DNA of 64,000 nucleotides, counting the filler, from Octopus bimaculoides (lineage: Eukaryota): the NCBI RefSeq assembly GCF_001194135.2. It is 5 parts of 5 records of this genome, joined end to end, with 100 filler letters (N's around TTAATTAATTAA, not from the genome) between each part and the next. Parts side by side here need not be neighbours in the genome. Positions count along the whole stretch, not along the records: positions 22,827 to 34,787 come from NC_068991.1; positions 34,888 to 43,469 come from NC_069010.1; 3 more parts are not named here. One strand, given 5' to 3'. The position numbers were made by a program, and so were the translations under genes. The notes beneath the pieces are model-generated. The model saw nothing but the letters and a program-made list of their open reading frames with translations, was not told the DNA's origin and did no database searches. Shown here one piece after another: positions 27,748 to 40,012 of the stretch. The first letter of the stretch is position 1, and each line of letters starts with the position of its first letter.

Positions 27748-27789
27748 AATATTCCCCACACTTACCTCTACACACATCGACTTCGATCT

Positions 27790-27804
27790 ATGTATGTATG
27801 TATG

Positions 27805-27868
<64 letters not shown>

Positions 27869-27871
27869 TTA

Positions 27872-27903
<32 letters not shown>

Positions 27904-27945
27904 TCTATTTGTCTGTCTGTCTATCTGTCTATCTATCTATCTATT

Positions 27946-27990
<45 letters not shown>

Positions 27991-27998
27991 GTCTCTAT
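27790..27998. repeat. (TATC)n/(TGTC)n microsatellite
   Basis: Direct reading. Confidence 0.95.
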
Positions 27999-28004
27999 CT
28001 AAAA

Positions 28005-29240
28005 AACGCGCGTCTCACAAACAGCGACCACACCTGTTCACCGTCGTCTATGAAACACTGGAGATGTCGCAGTCTCAGCGAATGGATGTCGTTGTATAAA
28101 GCAGCGATCCAACCGCGAAAGACTGGACCGAAGCCAGCCGCTCTAAGAACAACCACCAAGTATCGATGGTCGACCCTATCGAAGGCTTTTGATTGATCCA
28201 AATTGATCAGCGCCCCACCCATGCCAGTACACCCTGTACATGATATAGTGCATTAGGTGGAGGTTGTCATGTATAGTTCTGCCCCGCACGGCGCATGTTC
28301 GCGCCTTGCTGACCAGTTTCTCGATGACAAGCACCAACCTCTGGGCTAGCACGTTGGACAACATTTTCAAATCTGCGTTGAGCAGAGTGTTGGGCCTGAA
28401 ATTATATTTAATTCACCTTGTTTGGGTCTTTCTTTAGCAGAGTCACCGCTCCTTGGTTCACAAAACTGGGGATACACCCGTTTTGCTGCCAGTTGCAGTA
28501 GATTGTTGGCAAGAGATCTCCAAACAAGTCTGGGATATGACAATAAAGCTCGTAAGGTAGAACGTCCAAGCCCGGCGACTTGTCTCTCACGCAGCTTGCC
28601 ATCGCATTCCGGACATCAGCACCTGTAATGCGAATTTCACAACACTCCGCTTTGCTTGCTGAGAGTCGTGGTAGGCCATGCAGGTAGGCACTAAAGTATA
28701 TCCTGCGTTCCGACCCAACAGCCGGGGAAAGTGCTACTGAAAGGCCTCACACGTACTTTCGAGCTCGAGTAATTCGCACCCCTGTTGATTTATCAAAGAC
28801 CGAATGGTAGATTTGTTGCCATGTTGCGCCTTCGCCACCCGAGCCTCTCGGGTAGCTCCAATTCCCTCGTTTCTTAGAGCATGCACCCTAACTCTGACAA
28901 TGCAACCTTCATGTTTGGCATTGAAGTGTTGGTTAAGGGCCAGCCTCGCCGCCAGCACGTTGGTCACGCTGCCACTTCTAAGAGCCTCTTGTAATTTCTT
29001 AACTAGGCATCCCTCTACCTTATTTCGATCTATCGTTAAAGACTTGCTATACCTAACCGATTCTGCTTTGATTGCTCTCTTTAGGGCAAACCACCATTTG
29101 TTGTTGACGATGGCTCCCGATAACGCCCTCCTTACGAATGTGCTAATCCGGTCTCTGTTAGCTTATCGCGCCAGGGGCGATGCGTTCAGTTGCCAGTATG
29201 CGTTCAGTTTCCAGACACATGCATCACAACCACGTGTGTG
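28005..29240 (-). mobile_element. Tx1/L1-clade LINE ORF2 remnant (RT N-terminal half)
   Basis: Frameshifted pieces [69 protein letters not shown]. Confidence 0.85.
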
Positions 29241-29247
29241 CGACATG

Positions 29248-29652
29248 GTGATCTCATATCAAGAAAAACAGCAGCACATGACCTTGCGTGTGGGACCCCA
29301 GTTAGAATTTTTTCTTCAGGTGGAGTAGCCCATCCCACTCAGATGGTCCCTGAATAAGGGTTGTTTAAGGATATTGAACGAAACAAACATGTTTCCAGAG
29401 GTGAATTATCCAGACCCCAAAGAATGACGTTCCACCACTACTTCTGCTCGTGATCAGAGATGCACATATCGTCAGCCACTAAGAGACATGCTCAACTGCT
29501 TAAGGTCAAACAACTGACGGGCAAATTTGTGGTACTGAGCAAAATATTTGTAGACCATCTTTTATGCCAAGACAAAAGAATGTACATAAGAACACTTCCC
29601 ATTAGCTAAAATAAGAAGCCATGAGAACCACTGTCTGGTATTGCATCAGAGC

Positions 29653-29703
<51 letters not shown>
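29248..29703 (+). mobile_element. Probable retroposon 3' end with (ATT)n tail
   Basis: Non-coding block of balanced composition ending abruptly in GCATT(ATT)n; family not identifiable from this window. Confidence 0.4.
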
Positions 29704-29704
<1 letters not shown>

Positions 29705-30078
29705 TTGTATATTTATTGTAATTCTATGAAATTGTTTCGCTGGCTGTCTTAATGCAGCTGTAATCAAATTGCTCGCATTATACTGTGTGATTATTGCTAA
29801 GACAACAAATAAATAAAATGAACAAGATTAGATTTAAAATTTAAAAAAGCAAGTAAATAAATACACATAAAAACATCTAAACCACTTAGAGAGAGACACG
29901 CGCACATCAGACTATTTGCCATACTTAGTGGATGCGCCAATGAGCAGACACATAATATACACACAGAAATGCGTAACGACATCGGCGCGATCACAGCGTA
30001 CGCAAAGACACACACACATGTAATGACACACACACATGCTCACGCGCGCACGCACGCATATACGAATATGTATATGTA

Positions 30079-30130
<52 letters not shown>

Positions 30131-30378
30131 TACATATATGTATGTATGTATGTATATTCGAATACACATTCATGTACATGCATTCACACACATGCATACA
30201 CACAATTATATATATGTGTGTGTGTGTATGTGTTTCTGCCATTGTGTATGTGTATGTATGTATGTATATATACGCACAAACAAACCCCAAACACACATAC
30301 AAACATACACACATAAATGTACACACACACTCCAAACACACACATACAAACACGCACGCACACGAACAGACAAACACT

Positions 30379-30443
<65 letters not shown>

Positions 30444-30996
30444 GCATATATATCCAAATACACATGCATGTGTGTGTTTGTACACATGTGGGGTAGGAGC
30501 GAGTGTGGTTGCGCGCGTGTGTACGTCTATGCTGAGTGTATTTTTTGTGCGTGCGTGCGTGTTTGTGTGTGCATGTGTGCATGTGTGCATGTGTGTGTGT
30601 GTGAGTGTATGTGTACCTGTATATGAGTTGGTATCAGCGGATGTGTGTAGATTAGCTGTACGCCAGTTCGTTAATATTCGTGTCCATTTTAGTAATTCAT
30701 TCATATTCCTGCACATTCAACAAGTCTGGTGATAATGGTGATAAATACTATTAAGCGATACATTTGTTTGGATTAATATACGACCAGAGTTATTAATGTT
30801 AGTCTGCATATTTATGAAATTCTATTTTATCTTACTGGAAACAATTTCTCTAAGTTATACTAATGCTCAGATGAAGCAGACGATGTCGGGGACGACAATT
30901 TTGTACGATGTCTGATAGCAAAGCGGTAAGACACTCAAGACTTGTTGACAACAGGATGTCGGCAGCCTTTCATTTATTGTTGTCAAGTAATGATTT

Positions 30997-31432
30997 TGTT
31001 TTGTTTAGCCCAAGGTCAGACCTAATTGGGTTGAGTTATGATTCATAGGAATTCCATAGTTGGTCATCTCGCATTTGTTCTTCCTTCACAGAAGTAGAAG
31101 TATTGCAAAGATAGTCGTTACGATAGGCTGCTGAAGCATCGAGTTTTGTTATTGTGTGACGTTGCTGCTCTTTAGCTCCAGGTCAGGTCAACCTTGATTA
31201 AGTAGAGTTATGATTCAAAGGAATTCCAAACTTGGTCATCTCGCATTTGTTCTTCTTTCACAGAATTTGATGCTCTAACGTCCTATCATCAATGATAGTC
31301 CGTTAGAGCATCACATTTTCTTATCGCAGAACATTGTTGCTTTTTAGTCCCGGATCAAGTCAGTCCTGACTGAATAGAGTTATGATTCAAAGAAATTGAA
31401 ACCGTGACCATTTCGCCTTAATTTTTCTAGAG
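30997..31432 (+). repeat. Degenerate tandem triplication, period 172 bp
   Basis: Anchor GAGTTATGATTCA at 31033, 31205 and 31377; copies 1 and 2 share TTGGTCATCTCGCATTTGTTCTTC.TTCACAGAA. Confidence 0.8.
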
Positions 31433-31619
31433 AGAAGCAGAAAGATGACAAGGGTGGCGTGAAAAGTGTGTAAGACAGGATGAAAATCCTTGCGGAATGT
31501 TAGCAATATTATTATATAATACCGTTATTTAACCCTAAATCAGCACAGGTTGACAAATTCTTTGGTAAAAAGACTTCAAGCCGGAACCATTCCGTATCTC
31601 TTTTTGACTTTCTTTAATC

Positions 31620-31804
31620 AGGCGCAGACATGGTTGTGTAGTAACAAACTTAGCTTAATTCCGATCTGCAAGGTGCTTGGGTAAGTAGCTCCTACTATAG
31701 ACTCGGACAGAGCAAATCTTGTGAGTAGATTTGGTAGTCGGAAATCACTCTTGTGAGTGGATTTGGTAATCGGAAATCACTCTAGTGAGTGGAGTTGGTA
31801 GTAC
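31620..31804 (+). mobile_element. Degenerate SINE family B head with internal 32-bp tandem triplication
   Basis: aggcgcagacatggttgtg head; TCTTGTGAGT(A/G)GATTTGGTA.TCGGAAATCAC at 31717 and 31749, partial at 31781. Confidence 0.65.
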
Positions 31805-32122
31805 TTCAAATCCATTATATTGTGCATTAAATATAGATATAAATAATTTAATAACTTACAGGTTCATAGGCTCGTTTTACGAGCCTAGTTCTTCGGTTGT
31901 GCCAGTATGTGTATGTGTTAGTAGCAGGCTGGCCCCTGACATCCTCTTTTAATAATATTTTATCATGCTGCACACCAGCGGACTGCTACTTAGATATACG
32001 AACAATAAAACGAAAAACAGCATTCCACAGAACTTTTCCGTTTTAATTATGTATATCTATAAGATGGTTTGTTTAGCAGATAGCTTAAACACACACACAT
32101 TATATTATATTATATTATATCC

Positions 32123-32336
32123 TTCTCTACTGTAGGCACAAGGGCCGAAATTTTTGAGGAGGGGGCCAGTCGATTAGATCGAGACCACTATGCAACTGGT
32201 ACTTAATTTATCGACCCCGAAAAGATGAAAGGCAAAGTCGACCTCGGCGGAATTTGAACTCAGAACATAAAGACAGACGAAATACCGCTAAGCATTTCGC
32301 CCGGCGTGCTAACGTTTCTGCCAGCTCGCTGCCTTA
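32123..32336 (-). mobile_element. Full-length SINE family A (tail type 1)
   Basis: Minus strand AGGCAGCGAGCTGGCAGAAACGTTAG (A box) ... GAGTTCAAATTCCGCC (B box) ... CTTGTGCCTACAGTAGAGAA. Confidence 0.9.
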
Positions 32337-32370
32337 TACATTATATTAAAAAAATATTAAAAAAAAAAAA

Positions 32371-32442
<72 letters not shown>

Positions 32443-32900
32443 AATAAATAAATAGATAGATAAATAATAAAAAAAGAAAAAAAGAAAAAAAAGAAACCAT
32501 ACTTTGCTTCTCCGTTGCTTCAAGATTCATTACATCCTATTACAGTTTGTGCGATTTAGAACAAAAATCGGAATTGATGAATCCTTGTACACATTTCCCT
32601 CGATAATTCTTCAAGAATTTCCAATTATCAACAAGGTGAAAATGTTACTTTCTCAGATAATGAATGAACTATACACTGATAATAGTCATATAAAAAAAAA
32701 GACGTTTTCTTATTCAAATATTTCATCAAAATTGAAATTTCATTGATAAACATAAATTTAACACATTTATTATTTCTTCTTGTTTTGTGTGCTTTACACA
32801 GATATTGCTAAAGACATCAGTATAACAAATGTTTTTTTTGTTTTTTTTCCAAGTAAATGGATGAATCTATTACTTTCATACGGGAATTAAATTGGTAAAT

Positions 32901-33585
32901 GTGTGAGGCTGTGTGATTAGAAATCTGCTTCGTAACTACATGATATCATGTTCAGTCTCACTGCGTGGCATCTTCACCCATTACCTACCAGTGATGTCAT
33001 ATGAGATCACTTAAAAATTGCAAATTTCGTAATTATCTTTCAATATTTACACATATCTAACCTTTTTGCTATATCTACTAGGTATATTTCTCTGATATTC
33101 AAATGAGATTTGCTAATTTTTCACCCAATTTCTCGCATATTTCTATTTAAAATGTTATTTTGAAATATTATTTTGAAATGCTATTTTGATCATTCCAGCG
33201 TGTCTCTAAGGCTGTTTTATGCTAGAAATCAAAATTTCGTAAAACAATTCCAGTTAATAGAATTATGGGAGGTAATGGGTTAAGGCAAGTGTCTTCTGCT
33301 ATAGCCCCAGGGCGACGAAAGTCTTGTGAGTAGATTTCGTAGACGGAAACTGAAGGAAACTCATCGCGCGCGCACGCGTGTCTTGTTGTCTGTGTTTGTC
33401 ACCCAGCACTGCTGGATAATTGATATTAGTGTGTTTACATACCCGTAACTTAGCGTTTCGCTAAAAGAGAACGATAGAGTTAAGTACGAGGCTGGAATAA
33501 AAAAAAAATATAAGTAATGGGATCGATTCATTTGACAAAAGATTTTTGGTCTCAGTCCAGTGAGTGAAACAAGTAAAAAAAAAGA
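32901..33585 (+). mobile_element. SINE family B interrupted by a 303-bp insertion
   Basis: Head ...cactgcgtggcatc stops at about 32972 and resumes as ggcaagtgtcttctgctatagcc at 33284, continuing to tgaaacaagtaaaa. Confidence 0.75.
32977..33279. mobile_element. piggyBac-type MITE
   Basis: 13-bp TIR CCCATTACCT(A/C)CC; right end GGG-TTAA, left end TTCA-CCC (degenerate TTAA). Confidence 0.7.
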
Positions 33586-34232
33586 GCTAGAAATGTATAA
33601 TTTATAACACATCTGCTGATATATCTTTACGTTATCTATTAGAGGTATTGATTATCTCAGAACGAACTTCCCAGTTAATTAGGCCCTCCGTGAGGCATTT
33701 TCGTTATGTATGACACACAAATTGCTATTTTAGATAAACACTGCTTCTGTTGCACACATCGAATTTTTATTCAGCCAGCCGGCTCATTGCAACATCAGAG
33801 ATTTTCCAGTTACTATTTTCTTATACCAAAGACGGCGGATTTTGTCTTCGCATGCGGTTGCCAGTGGGTACTTGCGATAAATAAATAAATATATATATAT
33901 ATATATANNNNNNNNNNNNNNNNNNNNNNNNNNNNNNNNNNNNNNNNNNNNNNNNNNNNNNNNNNNNNNNNNNNNNNNNNNNNNNNNNNNNNNNNNNNNN
34001 NNNNNNNNNNNAAAAGCACAATAAATGAGTATAATATAAAGTAAAGTAAATATCATAAGATAAATATAATATTTATCTTATGATATCATATTATATTTAT
34101 CTTATGATATTTACTTTACTTTATACTATACTCATTTATTGTGCATTTAATTATTAATTTTTCTATATGTGATAGTGGATTTTCATCGATGAGTTCTTGA
34201 AACTCGGTTATTTTCCCTAAAACTATATATTT

Positions 34233-34271
<39 letters not shown>

Positions 34272-34712
34272 AAGTATGTATGCATGTATGTATGTATGTA
34301 TATATACACCCACATATCCAATCAATAACTATGAAAGTAGGAAAGATCTAAATCGTTCAATGACGAACAAGCATGACTATTGCAGATATCGTGTTGCAGT
34401 CATAATTAGTGACAAGACGTTATGCGTCCGTGTAAATATATAACTGGCAGGCAAGATAAAAAGACACGCTGCTCTAATAGGATTTTCCCGAGAGTAGAAC
34501 ATCTACCAGGAATAATTCTGTATAAATAGTCTGTTTCTTAAGTATATTTCATATTAGCTGAGTGGATATGTGTGTAATTTACTAGAAAACTGATAATTTT
34601 GTTCTCCGCTCTCTCTCTATGCATTCAATCTCCTGCTCTATCGTTTTTTCTCGCCCTGTTGTTATCTTTCTCATTCTATTTCCTCCTATTTCGCACTGGC
34701 TTCCTTTTTCAA

Positions 34713-34764
<52 letters not shown>

Positions 34765-34787
34765 TTCTCTGTCTCTGTCTCTGTCTC

Positions 34788-34887
34788 NNNNNNNNNNNNN
34801 NNNNNNNNNNNNNNNNNNNNNNNNNNNNNNNTTAATTAATTAANNNNNNNNNNNNNNNNNNNNNNNNNNNNNNNNNNNNNNNNNNNN
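34788..34887. other. Artificial scaffold-join linker
   Basis: N44-TTAATTAATTAA-N44. Confidence 0.9.
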
Positions 34888-35524
34888 TTTATATATATAT
34901 ATTTATATTTATATATTTATATATTTGATCCTTTATATTGAACACTCAATATTTCATCTACATTCAATACTTTCTTTCATGGTGCCATCCATTTTTATGT
35001 TATTTTATTTTATATTGTATATTGTATATCATATTATATATTGTATATTCCATACTCTATACCCCACATTAGTTCTGCAGGAATATAAATAAAACATAAA
35101 AAACAGACAGTGTTGGAACTTTTTTAAGCAAAATAATATATTCCTCTATACACAATCATACAAAAAACCCCCACCTTTTTTGTATTTATTTTTACTCGCA
35201 TATATATATATATATGTATATACATACACATACACATATATATATTAATAGTTATCGCCAAGCCAACATGACAGTCCAGGAAAATAGGACGAATGCTGCC
35301 ATTGATTAGCTCCAAGAGGCCATCGCCTCTAGCTAGCTATGTGACACAGGAACCTGTGTCCATTATAACTTTCGATCAAGGGGAGGTCAGCTGCTTCCCC
35401 TTGCTGGTCTGGCATCTACAGACTAGTTTCGGGGTATTGCCCCCTTATCAATGTAGAGCAGCCGAACCCAGAAATGATAAATTGCAAAGCTCAATACAAA
35501 TGTAGACTATTCTTTAATACATTA

Positions 35525-35775
35525 TGAGGGGTTGTCTGAAAAGTTCAAGATATTCCCATGAAATGCGACCAAATGAACATTATTTTTCAACATAATGCCC
35601 CCCTTGTGGTCCATGCACTTCATCCAATCGGTGTTGCAGTGCTTGGGTCCCATTTGTAAAGAAGGTTCCATCCTGTTGGGTCAAAATACTCATCAACAGC
35701 AGACAGGACGTCATCATCACTACGATACTGGTTCCCAACCAAGTGTTTTTTCATGTTGGGGAACACTTCATTTCA
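35525..35775 (-). mobile_element. Mariner 3' fragment with right TIR
   Basis: Minus strand PNMKKHLVGNQYRSDDDVLSAVDEYF...GHYVEK*; TIR-like TGAGGGGTTGTCTGAAAAGTTC after TA. Confidence 0.8.
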
Positions 35776-36034
35776 TGTTGCTCCAGTCCATTCAACTGGC
35801 AAAAGCAAGTATTCCTTCAATGGGCCAGTGTCCTGTCTTGTGGAGGAATATATATGCCACAGAATCTATGAAACCAGCGCTATGAGTCAATATGACACAT
35901 AAAGGATTTTTTCAGAATGTTATGAAGTAGGATTGAACCTGGTCGCTTTTGATTGCCAAGGGAACTTTTTTTTAACCATTTAGCCATACCTGCATCTACA
36001 CGTACACACACAAGCACACATAAATACATACATA

Positions 36035-36343
36035 TAAAGAGTAAAGACCCCCTTTGGTCATGAATGACCAAAGGACTGGACCTAGAAAGTTCCCCTCCGA
36101 GGCACAAGTCCAGGCAAGGTTGTTTATGGAAGACCAGCAGACACCCCTCTCTACACCACTGATGTTAGCCAAAGGAAAGGCAGACGCTGACACAGCTTGG
36201 CACCAGTGATATTGCGACTCATTTCTACAGACAGGAGTGATGCGATATAAAGAGTCTTGCTTAAGAACACAACACAGCCCAGTCCGGGAATCAAACTCAC
36301 TACCTCATGGTTGTGAGCCTGATGCTTTAACCACAGAGCCATG
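36035..36343 (-). mobile_element. tRNA-derived SINE, local family D
   Basis: Minus-strand head CATGGCTCTGTGGTTAAAG (A box) ... GAGTTTGATTCCCGG (B box) followed by GTGTTCTTAAGCAAGAC; single copy in this window. Confidence 0.65.
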
Positions 36344-36421
36344 TATACTCATGTGTATTAGGCAATGAGCTCAAGATGAAGACAAATGTTGCATTAATCT
36401 AATGCTTAATAATGGGAAGAG

Positions 36422-36458
36422 TCTTGATGTTTTGGACAATAGTCCTTCATCAGAGAAA
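36422..36458 (-). ncRNA. Minimal hammerhead-like motif, core intact except two CpG transitions
   Basis: TTTCT-CTGATGA-A-GGAC(TATT)GTCC-AAAA-CATC-AAGA; restoring two CpGs gives the canonical GTCCGAAACGTC. Confidence 0.6.
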
Positions 36459-36994
36459 AATAAAAAGACGAGAAAATGTAGGAAAAATAAAAAGAGTGAG
36501 AAAAGGTGGTTGGAAAAAAATGATAAAAAAATAAAGTGGTTAGGAGTTGGTGGAGGGGGCCCAGGAGGAAATGCAGCTCTAGTGGGGGAGTTAGAAAGGG
36601 AGGAGGAGATGGGGTGATGTATACATATACAGGGAGTGTCTGTGTGTAGACATGGGCAAAAGGGAAGGTGTGTCTGAATATGCGGTGGGTTGGAGTGTGT
36701 ATGGTTTCTCGTGGGAGCTGCATGTAGGTGAGAAGAGGTGTACAAGAATAGGAATGCGGTGAAGTGGGATAGTATGGATACCTGTATGTGTTTATGCATG
36801 AAAAACTATTACATGTGGGCGTATGTATATGTATGTTTATTTGTGAACTGTTGCGTGTGTGTGTATATATGCATGCAAGTATGTATGTGAGTGTAAATCG
36901 CAGATCTAGCTGTACATAGGTACCATACATGCACCCATTGTCCTATTTGTCTTGTGCGTGTAGACAAGTGTGCTTGTACTTATAGGCACATGTA

Positions 36995-37323
36995 CATTCA
37001 TCTATGTATCTTTTTCTCTATCTCTCTCTTCCTCTGTATTATTCTATCTATCTATCCATGTGTGTGTGTGCATACACACATATACATAAACACCGTTATC
37101 TATCTATCTATCCATGTGTGTGTGTGAATCTTGGTGTATCTATACATATATGTATAAACACACATGTACTTATTCGTGTGTGTGTATATATCTATCTATC
37201 TATATATATATATATATATATATATTTACACACAGCTATGTATATCCATCTATCTATTTATCTATCTAGCTGTCTGTCTATCCATCCATCTATCTATCTA
37301 TCTATCTAGCTGTCTGTCTATCC

Positions 37324-37362
<39 letters not shown>

Positions 37363-37470
37363 CATCTATATAACTATCTATTTATCTATCTAGCTGTCTG
37401 TCTATCCATCTATATAACTATCTATCTATCTATCTATCTATATGCATCTATCTATCAACTGCATTTATCT
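36995..37470. repeat. Compound (ATCT)n/(TA)n/(TG)n low-complexity block
   Basis: Direct reading. Confidence 0.85.
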
Positions 37471-38098
37471 ATGAATATAATTGTGTTTATGTGCCTTCGT
37501 TGGTGAGTGGGAATGGGTGTGGTGGTGGTGATGGTGGTGGGGATGAAGAATGAGAGCTTACTCTTCCCTCCATTCCGTGCACACACTAAAACTCACACAC
37601 ACACTCACACACACATACAGGTATGCCACAGGCATATCTTAAAAATTTGCACACATCGCCAAATGTAACAACCCCCCCCAACCCCCATCTCTCTCTCCAT
37701 CCCTCCCCAACTCCTCCTTCGGCATTGCCTGCCCCCCCCCACCTGTATCCCCTCTCCAACACTCCATCCTCGCCCCTCCCACTCTGTTCCATAACACATC
37801 GTCCTTCTCAAGCAGTTGCTATATCTAGGCTTAGAGCGAAATGTGTGTGTACTTTTAGCTGGCAGACTTCCAGTTGGTGGTGGTGGTCGTGGTGATTTGC
37901 ACACAATGGGGAAGGTGGTTGTGGCGGTGGTGAAGGCATTATATTAGGGATGATGGTGGTGGTGGTGATGACAGTAGTGGTGGAATCATTGGTGGTGGTG
38001 AAATCAATGGTGGTGGTCATGGTGATGTTATATATTGGGGGAGGGTGTTGTTCTAGTTGTCTTTGGCAGTATTAGGTGGTGGTGGTGGTGGTGGCAAT

Positions 38099-38155
38099 GG
38101 TTGTCAAGCGATGATGTGAATACAAACACAGACACACAAACATATATACATACAT

Positions 38156-38188
<33 letters not shown>

Positions 38189-38352
38189 CGACGGGCTTCT
38201 TTCAGTTTCTGTCTATCAAATCCACTCACAAGGCTTTGGTCGGCCCGAAGCTATAGTAGAAGACACTTGCCCAAGATGCCACGCAATAGGACTGAACCCA
38301 GAACCACATGGTTGGTAAGCAAGCTACTTACCACACAGCCCCTCCTGCGCCT
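38099..38352 (-). mobile_element. SINE family B, 5' part with tRNA-like head
   Basis: Minus strand AGGCGCAGGAGGGGCTGTGTGGTAAG (A box) ... GGGTTCAGTCC (B box) ... GGCATCTTGGGCAAGTGTC. Confidence 0.85.
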
Positions 38353-38609
38353 GTTTGTTATTCCAGATTGAAGGAGACAGCTGTAACAGCACTTTAAAGA
38401 CACCCTTCTAAACACTGCTTATCATAGCTGACTAGTTTGTAGAATGCAGTTGGGACATTTGGGAATTTGCTATGGTATTATATTTTGCTGGGCAAAAAAA
38501 AAATCTACTGAAATTTCTGAAATGCTCTAGACTGCTTATGGATCAACTTGAATGAACAGAGCATCTGTTTCTAGCAGGCACAAGGGACCAAGCCAAGCAA
38601 GACTATTGG

Positions 38610-38955
38610 GAAGCTGGTTATCATCCCTTTGCTGAACAGCAAGAACATCACCTACATCTACTGGGTTCCATCTGGCTAGAATATTTTGTGAAGGGTTTTT
38701 TGGGAGTCCAGGAAGAAATTTCACGGCAAAAGGCCTGGGTTCCTCCACTTGGGTCAGTGGCACCTGCACCCCAACAATGCACCGGTCCACAATTACGTAT
38801 TGATAACCAAGTCCTTGTTAGATATGGGCATCAAAACTATCCCTTGCCTTCCATACAGCCCAGACCCTTTTAGTTTTGATTGTTCCCCAGGATGAAGAAA
38901 AAGATGAGGGAAGCTGTGGCAAAGATCCTGGACACTTTAATTTTGGAGGGTTTCC
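38610..38955 (+). mobile_element. Mariner catalytic-domain remnant
   Basis: KLVIIP..IYWVPSG..GQWHLHPNNAPVHNYVLITKSLLDMGIKTIPCLPYSPD..LFPRMKKKMREAVAKILDTL across frames. Confidence 0.8.
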
Positions 38956-38983
38956 CTATCTACCTACCTGTCTATCTACCTAC

Positions 38984-39023
<40 letters not shown>

Positions 39024-39028
39024 ATCTA

Positions 39029-39061
<33 letters not shown>

Positions 39062-39289
39062 GTCTGTCTATCTTTATCTGTCTATCTATGTGTGAGTGTG
39101 TGCATGTATGTAATAGATAATTCTTGCTTTGTGCCATCAAAGACATTTCGGTGAAGGCATATCTTCTAAAATCATCTGCAACTCACCTTCAGGAAGACAA
39201 ATTCCAGCATTTCTTATTCTAGAAACCATCTATTTGTCTCCAGCCTGTCAACACATCTATCTACTAACGTGTTTTTTTGCTCACTTACC

Positions 39290-39380
<91 letters not shown>

Positions 39381-39558
39381 AACACATATATACATACACA
39401 TATTCTATTACTGTTACACATGCACGCACACACATACATTCTGTTACTGTTACACACACACATGTTCTGTTATTGTTAGACACACACACAATTCTATTAT
39501 TGTCATACACACACACACAGAGTCTTATACTGTCACGTACACACACACACACACACAG

Positions 39559-39857
39559 AGGCACCCCGACGGTTACGACGTTGCGGGTTCCAGTTGATCT
39601 GATCAACGGAACAGCCTGCTCGTGAAATTAACGTGCAAAGTGGCTGAGCACTCCACAGACACATGTACTCTTAACGTAGTTTTTAGGGAGATTTCAGCGT
39701 GACACAGAATGTGACAAGGCTTGGTCCCTGTGAATTACAGGTACAACTCATTTTTGTCAGCTGAGTGGACTGGAAGAATAGCGTGTAACAACGCGTCGCT
39801 GGTTTTCGAACTCATGAGATCAAGTGTCACAAACTCTTAACCTCTAAGTCACGCGCC
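39559..39857 (-). mobile_element. SINE sharing the family C 3' half but with a different 5' half
   Basis: 39559-39745 matches 42203-42390; beyond caggtacaac the sequence diverges (tcatttttgtcagctgagtggactgg...). Confidence 0.7.
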
Positions 39858-40012
39858 AGCAAATACCAGCAGACAATTGCATTATCTCATAATGGTTACA
39901 CAAACATACACAGATAACTGCATACGCACATACACACTCAAACACAGTCACATATTGTTACGTACACACACACATAGACTATTCGTTTTATACGTACACA
40001 CACACACACATA

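Noticed and set aside
28005-28030. Tx1 element targeting the (TATC)n array
   Set aside because: The junction falls mid-RT, so it is a deletion breakpoint rather than a true 3' insertion end.
30997-31432. CRISPR-like repeat-spacer array
   Set aside because: Only three long divergent repeats, spacers are related to each other, no cas genes, eukaryotic context.
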